Virus record (IMG/VR): IMGVR_UViG_3300019889_000016
Coordinates: 1 to 61,465 of that record
Direction: 5' to 3' (one strand)
Origin: a virus
Lineage: Duplodnaviria > Caudoviricetes
DNA: 61,465 bases
Every line of letters starts with the position of its first letter. Position 1 is the stretch's first letter. The position numbers and the translations under genes are program-made. Below the pieces are notes generated by a model that made no database searches, was not told the origin of the DNA, and saw nothing but the letters and a program-made list of their open reading frames with translations. Below, one piece after another: positions 34,850-44,065 of this stretch.

Positions 34850-35955
34850 CCCTCTTCCTCCAGCAGATCGGCGAGCGACTCGGACCACACCCGGCGCAGC
34901 TCGTTCGGCATCGACGCCGTGTCGTCGAGCGGCAACGTCCACGACTGCGCGCGGTACTTGTCACCGCGCCACTGCACCACGTCGAACGTGTCGCGCCGGG
35001 GGTCGATCGCCGTCGAGAAGTTCGCCCACCGGTACGCCGAGAAATCAGCCTGGCCGGCGGCCTTCGCAGCCTGGCGGGCCTGGGCGTTCGACTCGACGCC
35101 CTGCTGGTCGATCTCCTTCACGACGTAGAACCCGCTCTTGGCGTAACTGTTCGGCGCCTCCGCGGGCACCAGCCACTCGCCCCACACCGGCGCTGCGGTG
35201 AACCCCGAGTTGATCACCACGTAGCTGTTCGGGGCCTTGAGCTGGTCGTCGGCCTCGGTGATGCTGTCGGCGATCACGTTGGTGCCGGCCTCATAGATGA
35301 ACGTCGGTTCGACCGCTTCCATGGACGGCACATTGCGGATCACCGCGGTGCCCACATTGTCGAAATACAGGCTGTAGAACCCCGCCATCGCTGCCAGCTC
35401 ATTGATCACTTTGAGCCGGTTCGTATTGGGCTTCCACACCACCCATTCCGAGAACGCCGCGTCGGTCGATTCGACCGACCGCTCGATGACCCCGGCGGCG
35501 TCGAGCTGCTGGTGCAGGGCGTCATAGATGCTCGCGCCGGGGCCGTAGAAGTTGATGCCCCGGCTGCCCTGGTTGATGGTGCACGCCTGGTCCAACATGG
35601 TGCCGTTGGTCCACCACTGCTCCCCGACGGCGGCGTACTGCACCGACCCCGACAGCACCAGCTCGCGCACGGCGTCGGCGAACAGGAACACCCCCAGCGG
35701 CCATTCGGTGCCGTCTTGGAACACCATCCACGGCCGCACCCGCATCGCGAGCGTGTCGATATCGGCGGTCACCGACGGGGGCAGCAGCAGCCCGTCCATC
35801 GACCGTTTCACGGCCCGGTTGATGTTGTTGGTGATCGACGGCGGCGACTGCATGTCGACGTCCAGGGCGCCCAGCAGGCTGTTCTGCTTGTCGAGCAGAT
35901 CGAACCGGAACGACGCTGCCCGCTGGCCGAGCCCGTCGAGCGTCAACAAGCTCAC
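34846..35955 (-). CDS. minor tail (hub/Tal-like) protein
   Basis: Second gene after the tape measure; WPLGVF, YFDNVG..V, PN..VV. Confidence 0.7.
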   Translation of the reverse strand: MSLLTLDGLGQRAASFRFDLLDKQNSLLGALDVDMQSPPSITNNINRAVKRSMDGLLLPPSVTADIDTLAMRVRPWMVFQDGTEWPLGVFLFADAVRELVLSGSVQYAAVGEQWWTNGTMLDQACTINQGSRGINFYGPGASIYDALHQQLDAAGVIERSVESTDAAFSEWVVWKPNTNRLKVINELAAMAGFYSLYFDNVGTAVIRNVPSMEAVEPTFIYEAGTNVIADSITEADDQLKAPNSYVVINSGFTAAPVWGEWLVPAEAPNSYAKSGFYVVKEIDQQGVESNAQARQAAKAAGQADFSAYRWANFSTAIDPRRDTFDVVQWRGDKYRAQSWTLPLDDTASMPNELRRVWSESLADLLEEEG

Positions 35956-38429
35956 AGGCCCGGCACCCCGGCGACCTGCGCCACCGACGTGTCATGCACG
36001 CTGGGGGTGTCGGCCACCTCAACGATGCCGATCTCGGACAGCCACATCTCGGTTCCCCGGTCGTCGGCCCGTCGGTTGCGGCCCTCGGGGACCGTGAGGC
36101 TGGCCAGCCACCGGTTGCCTTCGCCGTCGCGGACGCACACGTACGGCACCGGCGCCCACCCCAGGTCGCGCAGCGGCGAGAACAGGTCCATCGTCGGCAA
36201 CGCCACCGTGCACCCGAACGACAGCAGCACCGTGCGAGAGAACCCGTCGCCCCGGCGTTCCAGCGGCCGGAACGCCACCTGCCGGTTGCGGCCGTAGATG
36301 CGGCGCAGCTCGACGTCGGCGGCCTCCAGGAACGACCAGTCGCGGTTCACCTCGCCGGTCCATACCTCGGGGTACACGCAGCCCATGCCGGTCGCGGCGT
36401 TGCTGGAGAACGCCAGCGCCACCTGGCCGCCCGGCACCGTTTCGCTGATCGGGTCCGACCAGTCGCCCGTCACCAAGTCCTCCCGCACCACCCGGACCCG
36501 GTAGGACGACCGCACCCCGATGCGGGCCTCGTGGTCGTTCCACACGGTGTTGAGGCGGCCGTGCACCAGCGCCACCCGCTCCCAGTCGGGGGACAGGTCG
36601 TCCATGCGGTCGACGTGGTAGGCGGCGACGTCGGGGGTGCCTGACGGGGCCGCAGACCAGGTGAGCTGCACGTACGGCATGGTGTCCTCGGCGCAGCCCT
36701 CACACCCGGATTCGCCGGAGCAGATCTCGACGTGGTGTGCGGTCAACGACCCGTTGCTGGTGCCCACCCCGGTGACCGCCGCGGGCACCTCGACCAGCTG
36801 GGCGAGGATGTCGCTGCTCAGTTCGGCGTCGGTCAACGCGTGGAGCGTGGTCCCGGACGGGAAGAACCCGTCGGCGTAGTCGATGTCGGTGCCGAACGTC
36901 TGGTCGTCGGTGTGTACGTCGGCCATCAGCGCGGCGATGCGCCACGGCCGGTCCTCGGTCGATGCCGGCGACGAGAACCGCAGCTCGTACTGGGCGGCCA
37001 GCAGCTGCTCGCTGTTCGGGAACCGGAACTGCACCGTCTTGTAGACGGCGTTCGTGTCGTCGGTGTTGCTGACCGGCGCCGACACGGGGAGCCGGTCGAC
37101 GTCGGCGGCGGTGACTTCGACGGCGTCGAGCACCTTGACGCCACCCGAGTCGTACACCTCGGCCCGCAGCGGTGCGACCGGGCGCCCCAGGGTGGGGACC
37201 CAGCCGGCGACGGCGAACGCCTGCCCGTAGATCGTCGGGCCACCGGCCATCGTCAGGAACTGGGACACGGTATTGGTGCCCCAGCACACGGCACCCCGGG
37301 ACAGGTTGTAGGGCATGGTGTCGTCGATCACCGTGGCGCCGTCGAGCATGCGCGCCGCGGGGATGCCGTCGACCTGGGGGCCGGCGGGATCCATCAGGAT
37401 CGACCCGGTGCCCGGCAGCCCGGACGTGAACGCGGGCCGGAACGTCTGCTGGTGGTTGCGCCAGTCGCCGGTCGTGCTGCGGCCCCGCATGTTCCGCCAC
37501 GGCAGCACGGCGTTGGCGACGGCGTCCACGGAGTAGTCGGTGATCCGGCGGGCCATCAGCGTCATGTCTTCCCCGGCGACCACGGCGGGCGACCCAGTGG
37601 CGTTGGGAGTCGCCATGTCGAACGGCACCCACAGCAACGGGGCCGTGGGGGAGCCGATGCCGACACCGCGACGCCGTTCGGGGATCGACCACACCCGCAG
37701 GTACAAGCGGTCCAGGCGCCACGACCCGGGGCCGGCCCGGCACGTGATCCGAATCTTCCGGGTGCCACCGGAGGCGAAGTCGCGGACCATCTGCGGCGTC
37801 CAGTGTGACCACGCCGACGCGCCCTGCTGGACGATGGCCTCACCCCACCGCACCGAGCCGCCCACGAACCCCGACGACCAGAACGGGAAGTCCCGCGCCC
37901 ACAGCGCACCGCCCGGGTCGTAGCGGGTCACCCGCAGCGTGATGTTGCCTCGGAAGAACGGTTCCACCGCCAGGACGTGCCGGTCCAACCCGAACGCGCC
38001 GGTGGTGAACTGGGCGTCGAAGAAGGCGTTGAGCGTCGACGACGCGATGAACAGGCCGTCGTCGAAGGCGTTGAGCCGGCTCGGTGTGATCGGCGTCGAC
38101 AGGTTCTCATTGAACATGCCCGTACCGCCGGTGACGGCGGACACGGAGAAGTCGTTGTGGGTGATTGGCCCCCACGCCTCGTCGCCCTGCTCGACCAGGT
38201 CCACCAGCATGGGGCGGGGCAGGGTGCCGTAGCCGCCGCCCAACACGGGAGCCGACGCGCCGAGCCCGGCGTACAGCTCGATGGTGTCCAGGTCCCCGGT
38301 GCGGGCGACCTCCCACTGGAGTTCCCCGACATCGGACGCGGCGTCGATCACGGTGTGGCCGTAGCCAACGTCCAGGTGCTCGATGCCCCGCTTGCCGGGG
38401 GAGTTGGGGTTCCAGTCGGGCAGGCCCAT
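35952..38429 (-). CDS. minor tail protein (possibly Dit-like, with inserted domains)
   Basis: First gene after the tape measure; Fn3-like segment and C-terminal VCVRD..G.RW. Confidence 0.65.
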   Translation of the reverse strand: MGLPDWNPNSPGKRGIEHLDVGYGHTVIDAASDVGELQWEVARTGDLDTIELYAGLGASAPVLGGGYGTLPRPMLVDLVEQGDEAWGPITHNDFSVSAVTGGTGMFNENLSTPITPSRLNAFDDGLFIASSTLNAFFDAQFTTGAFGLDRHVLAVEPFFRGNITLRVTRYDPGGALWARDFPFWSSGFVGGSVRWGEAIVQQGASAWSHWTPQMVRDFASGGTRKIRITCRAGPGSWRLDRLYLRVWSIPERRRGVGIGSPTAPLLWVPFDMATPNATGSPAVVAGEDMTLMARRITDYSVDAVANAVLPWRNMRGRSTTGDWRNHQQTFRPAFTSGLPGTGSILMDPAGPQVDGIPAARMLDGATVIDDTMPYNLSRGAVCWGTNTVSQFLTMAGGPTIYGQAFAVAGWVPTLGRPVAPLRAEVYDSGGVKVLDAVEVTAADVDRLPVSAPVSNTDDTNAVYKTVQFRFPNSEQLLAAQYELRFSSPASTEDRPWRIAALMADVHTDDQTFGTDIDYADGFFPSGTTLHALTDAELSSDILAQLVEVPAAVTGVGTSNGSLTAHHVEICSGESGCEGCAEDTMPYVQLTWSAAPSGTPDVAAYHVDRMDDLSPDWERVALVHGRLNTVWNDHEARIGVRSSYRVRVVREDLVTGDWSDPISETVPGGQVALAFSSNAATGMGCVYPEVWTGEVNRDWSFLEAADVELRRIYGRNRQVAFRPLERRGDGFSRTVLLSFGCTVALPTMDLFSPLRDLGWAPVPYVCVRDGEGNRWLASLTVPEGRNRRADDRGTEMWLSEIGIVEVADTPSVHDTSVAQVAGVPGL

Positions 38430-41400
38430 CAGCTAGCGATCCTTGCTTCGACTCGTGCCCGGCGCTTGTCCAGCACCTCGGATGCGCCCTTGCCGATCTC
38501 GCGTCCGACGGCCCGCGCTTCGGTGGGGGTGACGGACCCGTTGATGTGGGCCTCGATGTTGATGACCGTAGCCCCAGCCCCGCCGTCGCCCGATCCCGAC
38601 ACGCCCAGCGCCCTGGTGGTGGCGGTGCGTTCCGACAGGTTCAGGAGCCCGGTCTGGGCGAGCAGCTCCAGTGCCCGGTTGGGGTTGTCGAGCGGGATCA
38701 CGACCTCGGGGGCGTGCAGCGCGCCGATCTGGTCGTGGGTGATGACGCCGCCGTGGGCAAACGGGTTGAGGTTCCCGACCGCGCCGGCGATGTCGCCGAT
38801 GACGCCGCCGCCGGGGATGTTGCCGATGGCGTCGACCAGGTCGCCGACGGCGCCGACGGCGTCCTCGATGATCCCCAGGAGCGACTCCACGATGTTGATG
38901 ACGGTGTCGATCGCGCCCCGGAACAGGCCCCAGGCGCTCGCGGCGATCCCGATGGCCCGGGTGAACGCCCCGGCGAGGAAGTCGCCGATGGGGCGCAGGG
39001 CGTTGTCGAGCAGGATGCGGGCGGCGCCCATCACCGTGTCGAAGACGCCGCGCAACAGGTTCCAGGCGCCGACCGCGACCTGTACGTGGGCGGCGAACAC
39101 GCCCTGGAGGAAGTTCCCGAGCGGGACCAGCACGTTCTGCCACAGCCACAGAGCGATGGTGCTGACGACCTGGAACGACGTCTGGAGGCCGGCGAGCACG
39201 AACCCGGACAGGTAGGCCAGGATCGGCCCGAACGTGTTGATCAGGAACGCGGCCATCGGGGCGAGGACGGCCTGCCACGTGAACGTCGCCACGATCGACA
39301 CCGCGGTGATCGCCGCGGCCAGCGGCCCCAACGCCACGACCGCGAACGCGACCACCACTGGCGTCAGGACGGTCTGCAGGAAGTTCCCGACGGGGACCAG
39401 GACCGTCTGCCACAGCCACACGGCGGCGTCGATGACGGCGTGGACGGCGGTCAGGAACGGGCCGGTGAAGAAGTCGCCGACGGCCTGCACCGCGACGAGG
39501 AACGTGTCCCGGAGGAACCCGGCGAACGGGACCAGGATCTCGAACCACAGGTGCTGCAGGGCGGGGCCGGCGTTGTCGGCCACGAACCCGACGAAGTTGG
39601 CGACCGCCGTGACCACCTCGGCGACCGCGATCGCCAGGATCGCGAACGCCTGGGCGATCGCCACCAGCACGGGGGCGCCCAGCTCGGTGATGAGCAGCGT
39701 GACCAGCGCCGCGAGCGGTGGGATCAGCGGCACCAACGCCACCAGGATCTCGGCCATCGCCAACGAGATGGCCACGAACGCTTCGGTCAGCTCCGGTACC
39801 ACTGGGGCCAGCTCGGTGAGCACGTCGAGCAGGGCGTCGCCGAGCGCCGCGACGACCTCGCCGAGCACGGGGAGCAGGGGGGCGAACGCTTCGGCCAGCC
39901 GGGTGACCAGGTCGGCGAACCCGGCCATGCGGTCGGCGATCATCTGCCCGATGATCTCGGCCAGCTGGATCAGGATGGGGGCCAGTGCCCCGGTCAGGGT
40001 GGTGGCCAGCTCAACGAACGGGGGCAGGATCACCGCGAGGGCGTCGCCGATCGCGACGAACGCTTCGGCGAGCACTGGCAGGACCGGCACCAGCACCGCG
40101 GTGAGGACGTCGGCGAAGGCGCCGGCCATCAGTTCGACCAGCACCGCCAGGGGCGGCCCGACGGCCTCCAGCACGGTGATCAGTGCACCGCCGAGGGCGT
40201 CGACCACCGGCCCCACGGCGTCGGCCACGGTCTGGAACGCGTCGGCCAGCAGGTCGACGATCCCCGAGTCGAACAGGCCCTGGAAGAACCCGGCCACGAT
40301 CTCGGCCACCTGGCCCAGCTGGTCGGCGACCAACTGGAGCACCGGCCCGAACGCCGAGGCGAACTGCTGGACGACTTCCCCGACGATCTGCAAGATCGGG
40401 GTCAGCGCGACGACCACCGCGGTGAGCGCCGTAATCACCGGGGGCAGCACCGCCGAGGCGAGCTGAGCGAAGGTCGACAGGATCGGTTGCAGCGCGGCGG
40501 CGACGGCGGGCAGCAACTCGGCCAGCGGCGCGAACGCCAGCGACGCCTGCTCGGCCACGAACCCGAGTGATGGCCCGAGGATCTCCAGGCCGGCGCCCAG
40601 GCCCTCGAACAGGGCGGCCAGGCCGGGGCCGAGTCCTTGGATGACCTCCAGCACGGTGTCGATGACGGCCGCCGCTGTGGTCGACAAGGCGGGGGCCAGT
40701 AGCGCCAGCGACTGCTGCGCGATCAGGGTGGCCTCGGCGAGCGACTCCTTGATCTGCGGCCCCACCGGCTGGAACGCGTCGGTCAGGGCGAGCTGGACCG
40801 TGTCCTTGAACGTCGAGAACAGCCCGGTCAGGGTCTGGGCCTGCGCGGCCATGGCACCCGCCGCGCCCGGGAACTCGCGCATCCCGACCAGCAGGGCGTC
40901 GATGCCTTCCTTGGCGGGGATCAGTCCGGCGGTGATCTGCTCCTGCAGCTCGGCGCTGGTCAACCCGAGCCCGTCGGCCATGGCCTGGAACGGGGCGAAC
41001 CCCGGCAGCGCCTCGGCCAACTGCAGCATCTCCTCCGACGTGACCTTGCCGCGCGACGCCATCTGCCCGAGGGCACGGATCACGGAGTCGATGGCCTCCG
41101 GGGGGGCGGCCAGGACGGCGGTCAGGTCGCCGATGGTGGTGACGACGGGGATGATCTCGTCGCGTGCGATGCCGGCGGCGTCACCAACAGCCAGGAGCCG
41201 GCGGGCGTTGTCGGCGAGCCCCTGGAACTCGAACGGGGTGTTGGCCGCGAACAGCTGCATCTCGCGGATGAACGCATCGGCTTCTTCGGCCGAACCGAGC
41301 AGCGCCGTGAACCCGATCTGGGTCTGTTCCAGCGACGCCGCCCCCACGACCCCGAACCCGACGGCGGCAGCCGACATGATGCCGAGCCCTGCAGCGACCG

Positions 41401-42310
41401 CCAACGCACCGGTCGACAGCAGCGAGAAGCTCGCCCCGCTGGGGCCGATGCGGGCCAAGGCCCGGACGCTGTCGTTGGACGAGTCGCGGAACGACCGCTC
41501 GACCGATTCGGCGGCCAGCTCGGCCTGCGCGACGACCGGCCCGAACGCGTCGATCCCGCCGATCTCGCGCAGCTCGTCGTCGACCTCTTGGCCGACCCCG
41601 GAGAACGTGTCGGTGAACGCGTTCTCGACGGCCTGGGCGGCGACCTCGGCGTCGCGCACCACGTTGCCGAACGCGTCGACGCCGCCGATGTCCCGCAGGT
41701 CCGCCTGGACGCCGCGGACGGCCTCGGCGAACGCCTGCTCCATCGTCTCGGCGACCTGCTCGGCGCGGACCGACGCCGTGCCGAAGTCCTCGGCGTTGCC
41801 GATCTCCTTGAGTGACCGCTTCGCCGCGGCCTGCGCCTCCCGGAACGCATCCTCGATCGCTTCGGCTGCCCGCTCCGCGCCGCCGGGGATGTCGGCGAAC
41901 GCGTCGGCGCCACCGATTTCCTCCAGTGCCAGGCCCGCAAGGCGGCCGGCATCCTGGAAGGCGTCCTTGATGACGGCCCCGGTGGCCTTGGCGTCGTTCT
42001 GCGGGTCGCGCAACGACTCGGCGATCTGGCGGGCCGCAGCGTCGAACGCTTCACCGATCTGGTCGCCTGCCAGCCGTGCATCGCGGGCGGTGGCCTCCAG
42101 GCTGTCGTCGACCGACCGGCTTGCCTCTTTGAACGCCCGCTCGATCTCCTCCCCGGCCTCCTCGAACGCGTTCTCGATGCCTTCGCCGACCTCGCGGGCG
42201 ACCCGCTCGACCGACTCCAGCTCGTCGCCGACACGGTCGATCTCCCGGTCCGCCCCCTTGGGGTCGGCGTTGATCTCGACTACAGCCTCACCCAAGGGGC
42301 CGGAAACCAT
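38429..42310 (-). CDS. tape measure protein
   Basis: 1293 aa, helical and Ala-rich, tape-measure domain FAANTPFE...ALGQM.SRGKV..EEM.QLAE, periodic W/F repeats. Confidence 0.95.
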   Translation of the reverse strand: MVSGPLGEAVVEINADPKGADREIDRVGDELESVERVAREVGEGIENAFEEAGEEIERAFKEASRSVDDSLEATARDARLAGDQIGEAFDAAARQIAESLRDPQNDAKATGAVIKDAFQDAGRLAGLALEEIGGADAFADIPGGAERAAEAIEDAFREAQAAAKRSLKEIGNAEDFGTASVRAEQVAETMEQAFAEAVRGVQADLRDIGGVDAFGNVVRDAEVAAQAVENAFTDTFSGVGQEVDDELREIGGIDAFGPVVAQAELAAESVERSFRDSSNDSVRALARIGPSGASFSLLSTGALAVAAGLGIMSAAAVGFGVVGAASLEQTQIGFTALLGSAEEADAFIREMQLFAANTPFEFQGLADNARRLLAVGDAAGIARDEIIPVVTTIGDLTAVLAAPPEAIDSVIRALGQMASRGKVTSEEMLQLAEALPGFAPFQAMADGLGLTSAELQEQITAGLIPAKEGIDALLVGMREFPGAAGAMAAQAQTLTGLFSTFKDTVQLALTDAFQPVGPQIKESLAEATLIAQQSLALLAPALSTTAAAVIDTVLEVIQGLGPGLAALFEGLGAGLEILGPSLGFVAEQASLAFAPLAELLPAVAAALQPILSTFAQLASAVLPPVITALTAVVVALTPILQIVGEVVQQFASAFGPVLQLVADQLGQVAEIVAGFFQGLFDSGIVDLLADAFQTVADAVGPVVDALGGALITVLEAVGPPLAVLVELMAGAFADVLTAVLVPVLPVLAEAFVAIGDALAVILPPFVELATTLTGALAPILIQLAEIIGQMIADRMAGFADLVTRLAEAFAPLLPVLGEVVAALGDALLDVLTELAPVVPELTEAFVAISLAMAEILVALVPLIPPLAALVTLLITELGAPVLVAIAQAFAILAIAVAEVVTAVANFVGFVADNAGPALQHLWFEILVPFAGFLRDTFLVAVQAVGDFFTGPFLTAVHAVIDAAVWLWQTVLVPVGNFLQTVLTPVVVAFAVVALGPLAAAITAVSIVATFTWQAVLAPMAAFLINTFGPILAYLSGFVLAGLQTSFQVVSTIALWLWQNVLVPLGNFLQGVFAAHVQVAVGAWNLLRGVFDTVMGAARILLDNALRPIGDFLAGAFTRAIGIAASAWGLFRGAIDTVINIVESLLGIIEDAVGAVGDLVDAIGNIPGGGVIGDIAGAVGNLNPFAHGGVITHDQIGALHAPEVVIPLDNPNRALELLAQTGLLNLSERTATTRALGVSGSGDGGAGATVINIEAHINGSVTPTEARAVGREIGKGASEVLDKRRARVEARIAS

Positions 42311-42313
42311 GCC

Positions 42314-42752
42314 CTACGTCACCCCCCGCCGACCTGCGGTACCGACCGTCGGCAGCCCCGCACGGGGCCGCTCCCGGGTGGCGGCGGGCTCGCCGAGCTG
42401 CTGGCCGGCAGCCACCGACGACGAGAACGCCGCACGGTCGCCCCGCCACCAATCCGGCGGCGGGATACTGGCCGGCGCCAGACCCGGCACGTGACGGCCG
42501 TCGGGCCGGGACGCGGTGCGAACCACCGGACCGTCAGCTGTGATGTCGACGCCCGACGGGTTGTCGCTGAGCGCGTCGTCGACCACCGAACGGGATTCGG
42601 GCGTCAGCCCATCGACCCACCGGTGGTACATCGTGTTCAGCAGACGGCGCGGCGGCATCGACATGGGGTCTACGCCGTGGCCGGCGCACCATCCGTCGAA
42701 GTCCCACCAGTTCCGCCGACCCCATTCTGCGAGGGCGCCGACGGCGTGGTAG
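42314..42752 (-). CDS. tail assembly chaperone, -1 frame portion
   Basis: The -1 frame is open from about 42752: YHAVGALAEWGRRNWWDFDGWCAGHGVDP..RLLN..Y. Confidence 0.65.
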
Positions 42753-43179
42753 GGCGGCCGGTGTAGTGCTTGAGCAGCGCCTTGAACACGGCCAGCATCT
42801 GCGGGAGCGTGATCATGCGCTCAAGGTGGGCCTTGCGCTTGGCCGGCGTCAGCCCCTTTTCGGGGCGCTTCATGTTGGCCTGCCACTGCTCCCACGAGTC
42901 GGGCTCCATGACCGTCTCGATGAAATCGAGCGCCTTCATCAGGCTGGAGCCACCGGCCTTCGATAGGCGGGCAGCGGCACCCGGGTTGGATTCGGCCAGC
43001 TGCTCCATCGTCATGCCCTCGGGGATTTCCGGCATGTCCGTGCTCGACGCCACCGTCGAGCCCAAGGCCACGTCGGCGGCCACGTCGGCGGCGGCGTGGT
43101 AGTTCACCCCGTTCAGCGGGATGGTGACCTTCTCGTCAACCGGCGCTCGAAGGTTGCTGTAGTCCTCTAGTTGAACCAT
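42670..43179 (-). CDS. tail assembly chaperone
   Basis: Sits before the tape measure; ends ..YTGRPT followed by a low-complexity tail. Confidence 0.75.
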   Translation of the reverse strand: MVQLEDYSNLRAPVDEKVTIPLNGVNYHAAADVAADVALGSTVASSTDMPEIPEGMTMEQLAESNPGAAARLSKAGGSSLMKALDFIETVMEPDSWEQWQANMKRPEKGLTPAKRKAHLERMITLPQMLAVFKALLKHYTGRPTTPSAPSQNGVGGTGGTSTDGAPATA

Positions 43180-43193
43180 CGTGTCCTCCCGTG

Positions 43194-43538
43194 TCAGCCC
43201 CGCCCGGCGGGCAGGGCGTTGGTGAGGAATCTACGGGCTGGGACCGTGTGGCCACGAGAATGAGCTACTCGCCACGACCGGGGCGCCCAGATCGACCCGG
43301 ACCCTTCGTGGACCGGCAGGCTGTAGACGATGTTCGACCCGACCTGGATCATGAGCCCCTCGGCGACCGGGATCGGGTCGGTGTGCGTCTGAGCGGCCCG
43401 GAGCCGGTCCTTGTCGACCGGGCACAGAACCTTGGACATGTTCTCGACCCGGATAGCCCGACGGGTCAAGTCGAGCCCGACGGGGCCGCGTGGGTCCCGT
43501 AGCAGGAAGTCGCGGGCCGCCCGGTTGATCGTGGCCAT
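43194..43538 (-). CDS. HK97 gp10-like tail completion protein
   Basis: CPVDKDRLR, VGSNIVY..PVHEG, RFLTNAL. Confidence 0.75.
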   Translation of the reverse strand: MATINRAARDFLLRDPRGPVGLDLTRRAIRVENMSKVLCPVDKDRLRAAQTHTDPIPVAEGLMIQVGSNIVYSLPVHEGSGSIWAPRSWRVAHSRGHTVPARRFLTNALPAGRG

Positions 43539-44065
43539 CAGCAGTCCTCGCAGTTCCGCAACGCCACCAGGACGTGCAGCTCCGAGCCCATGCACTGGCC
43601 CTCGACCCCGACGGCGAGCTGTTCCTGCTGCAGCCGTGGCGTGCGCAGGGCGGCGTTCTCGCCTTCGAAGCAACAGGTGACGCCGCGCCGCACGGCGTGG
43701 CGGTCCAGCAGGTCGCGTTCGGCGGCGGTGCGCAGCGCGTCCGGGGCGGGAGGGTTGCCCCGGTTGTCTTGCACCGGCACACACCGCAGGACCGTGATCA
43801 CGTACTCGACGACCAGCCACGTGGCCGGGCACTTGTCGAACGACCCGGTGAGCTTCTGGGCGGGGAAGTTGTCGCTGGGGTAGGCGGTGCGGGTGTGGAC
43901 GGTCAGCTGCCCGCACTGGCATTGGTCCCACGCCACTTGGGCGCCGGGGATCACCATCGCCCGTGCCGGGGAACCGGACGGGGTCGCGGCCAGGCGTTCG
44001 CTGACACACAGCAGCAGCCGGTTGGCCATGTCCCACACGGCGGACGCCGGGGTCGTGGCGCCCAT
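43538..44065 (-). CDS. neck / tail-terminator-like protein
   Basis: PG..VAWD.CQCGQL.V, .LRC.P and G.C.G motifs typical of this gene position in actinophages. Confidence 0.6.
   Translation of the reverse strand: MGATTPASAVWDMANRLLLCVSERLAATPSGSPARAMVIPGAQVAWDQCQCGQLTVHTRTAYPSDNFPAQKLTGSFDKCPATWLVVEYVITVLRCVPVQDNRGNPPAPDALRTAAERDLLDRHAVRRGVTCCFEGENAALRTPRLQQEQLAVGVEGQCMGSELHVLVALRNCEDC

Noticed and set aside
38700-40700. Periodic sequence that could be mistaken for a repeat array or CRISPR
   Set aside because: It is amino-acid-level periodicity of the tape measure protein, with no identical repeats and unique spacers.
38165-42494. Long plus-strand ORFs (801, 617 and 410 aa; also 52019-54736 and 1080-2537)
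   Set aside because: These are antisense shadows of clear minus-strand genes in high-GC DNA and have no recognisable motifs.
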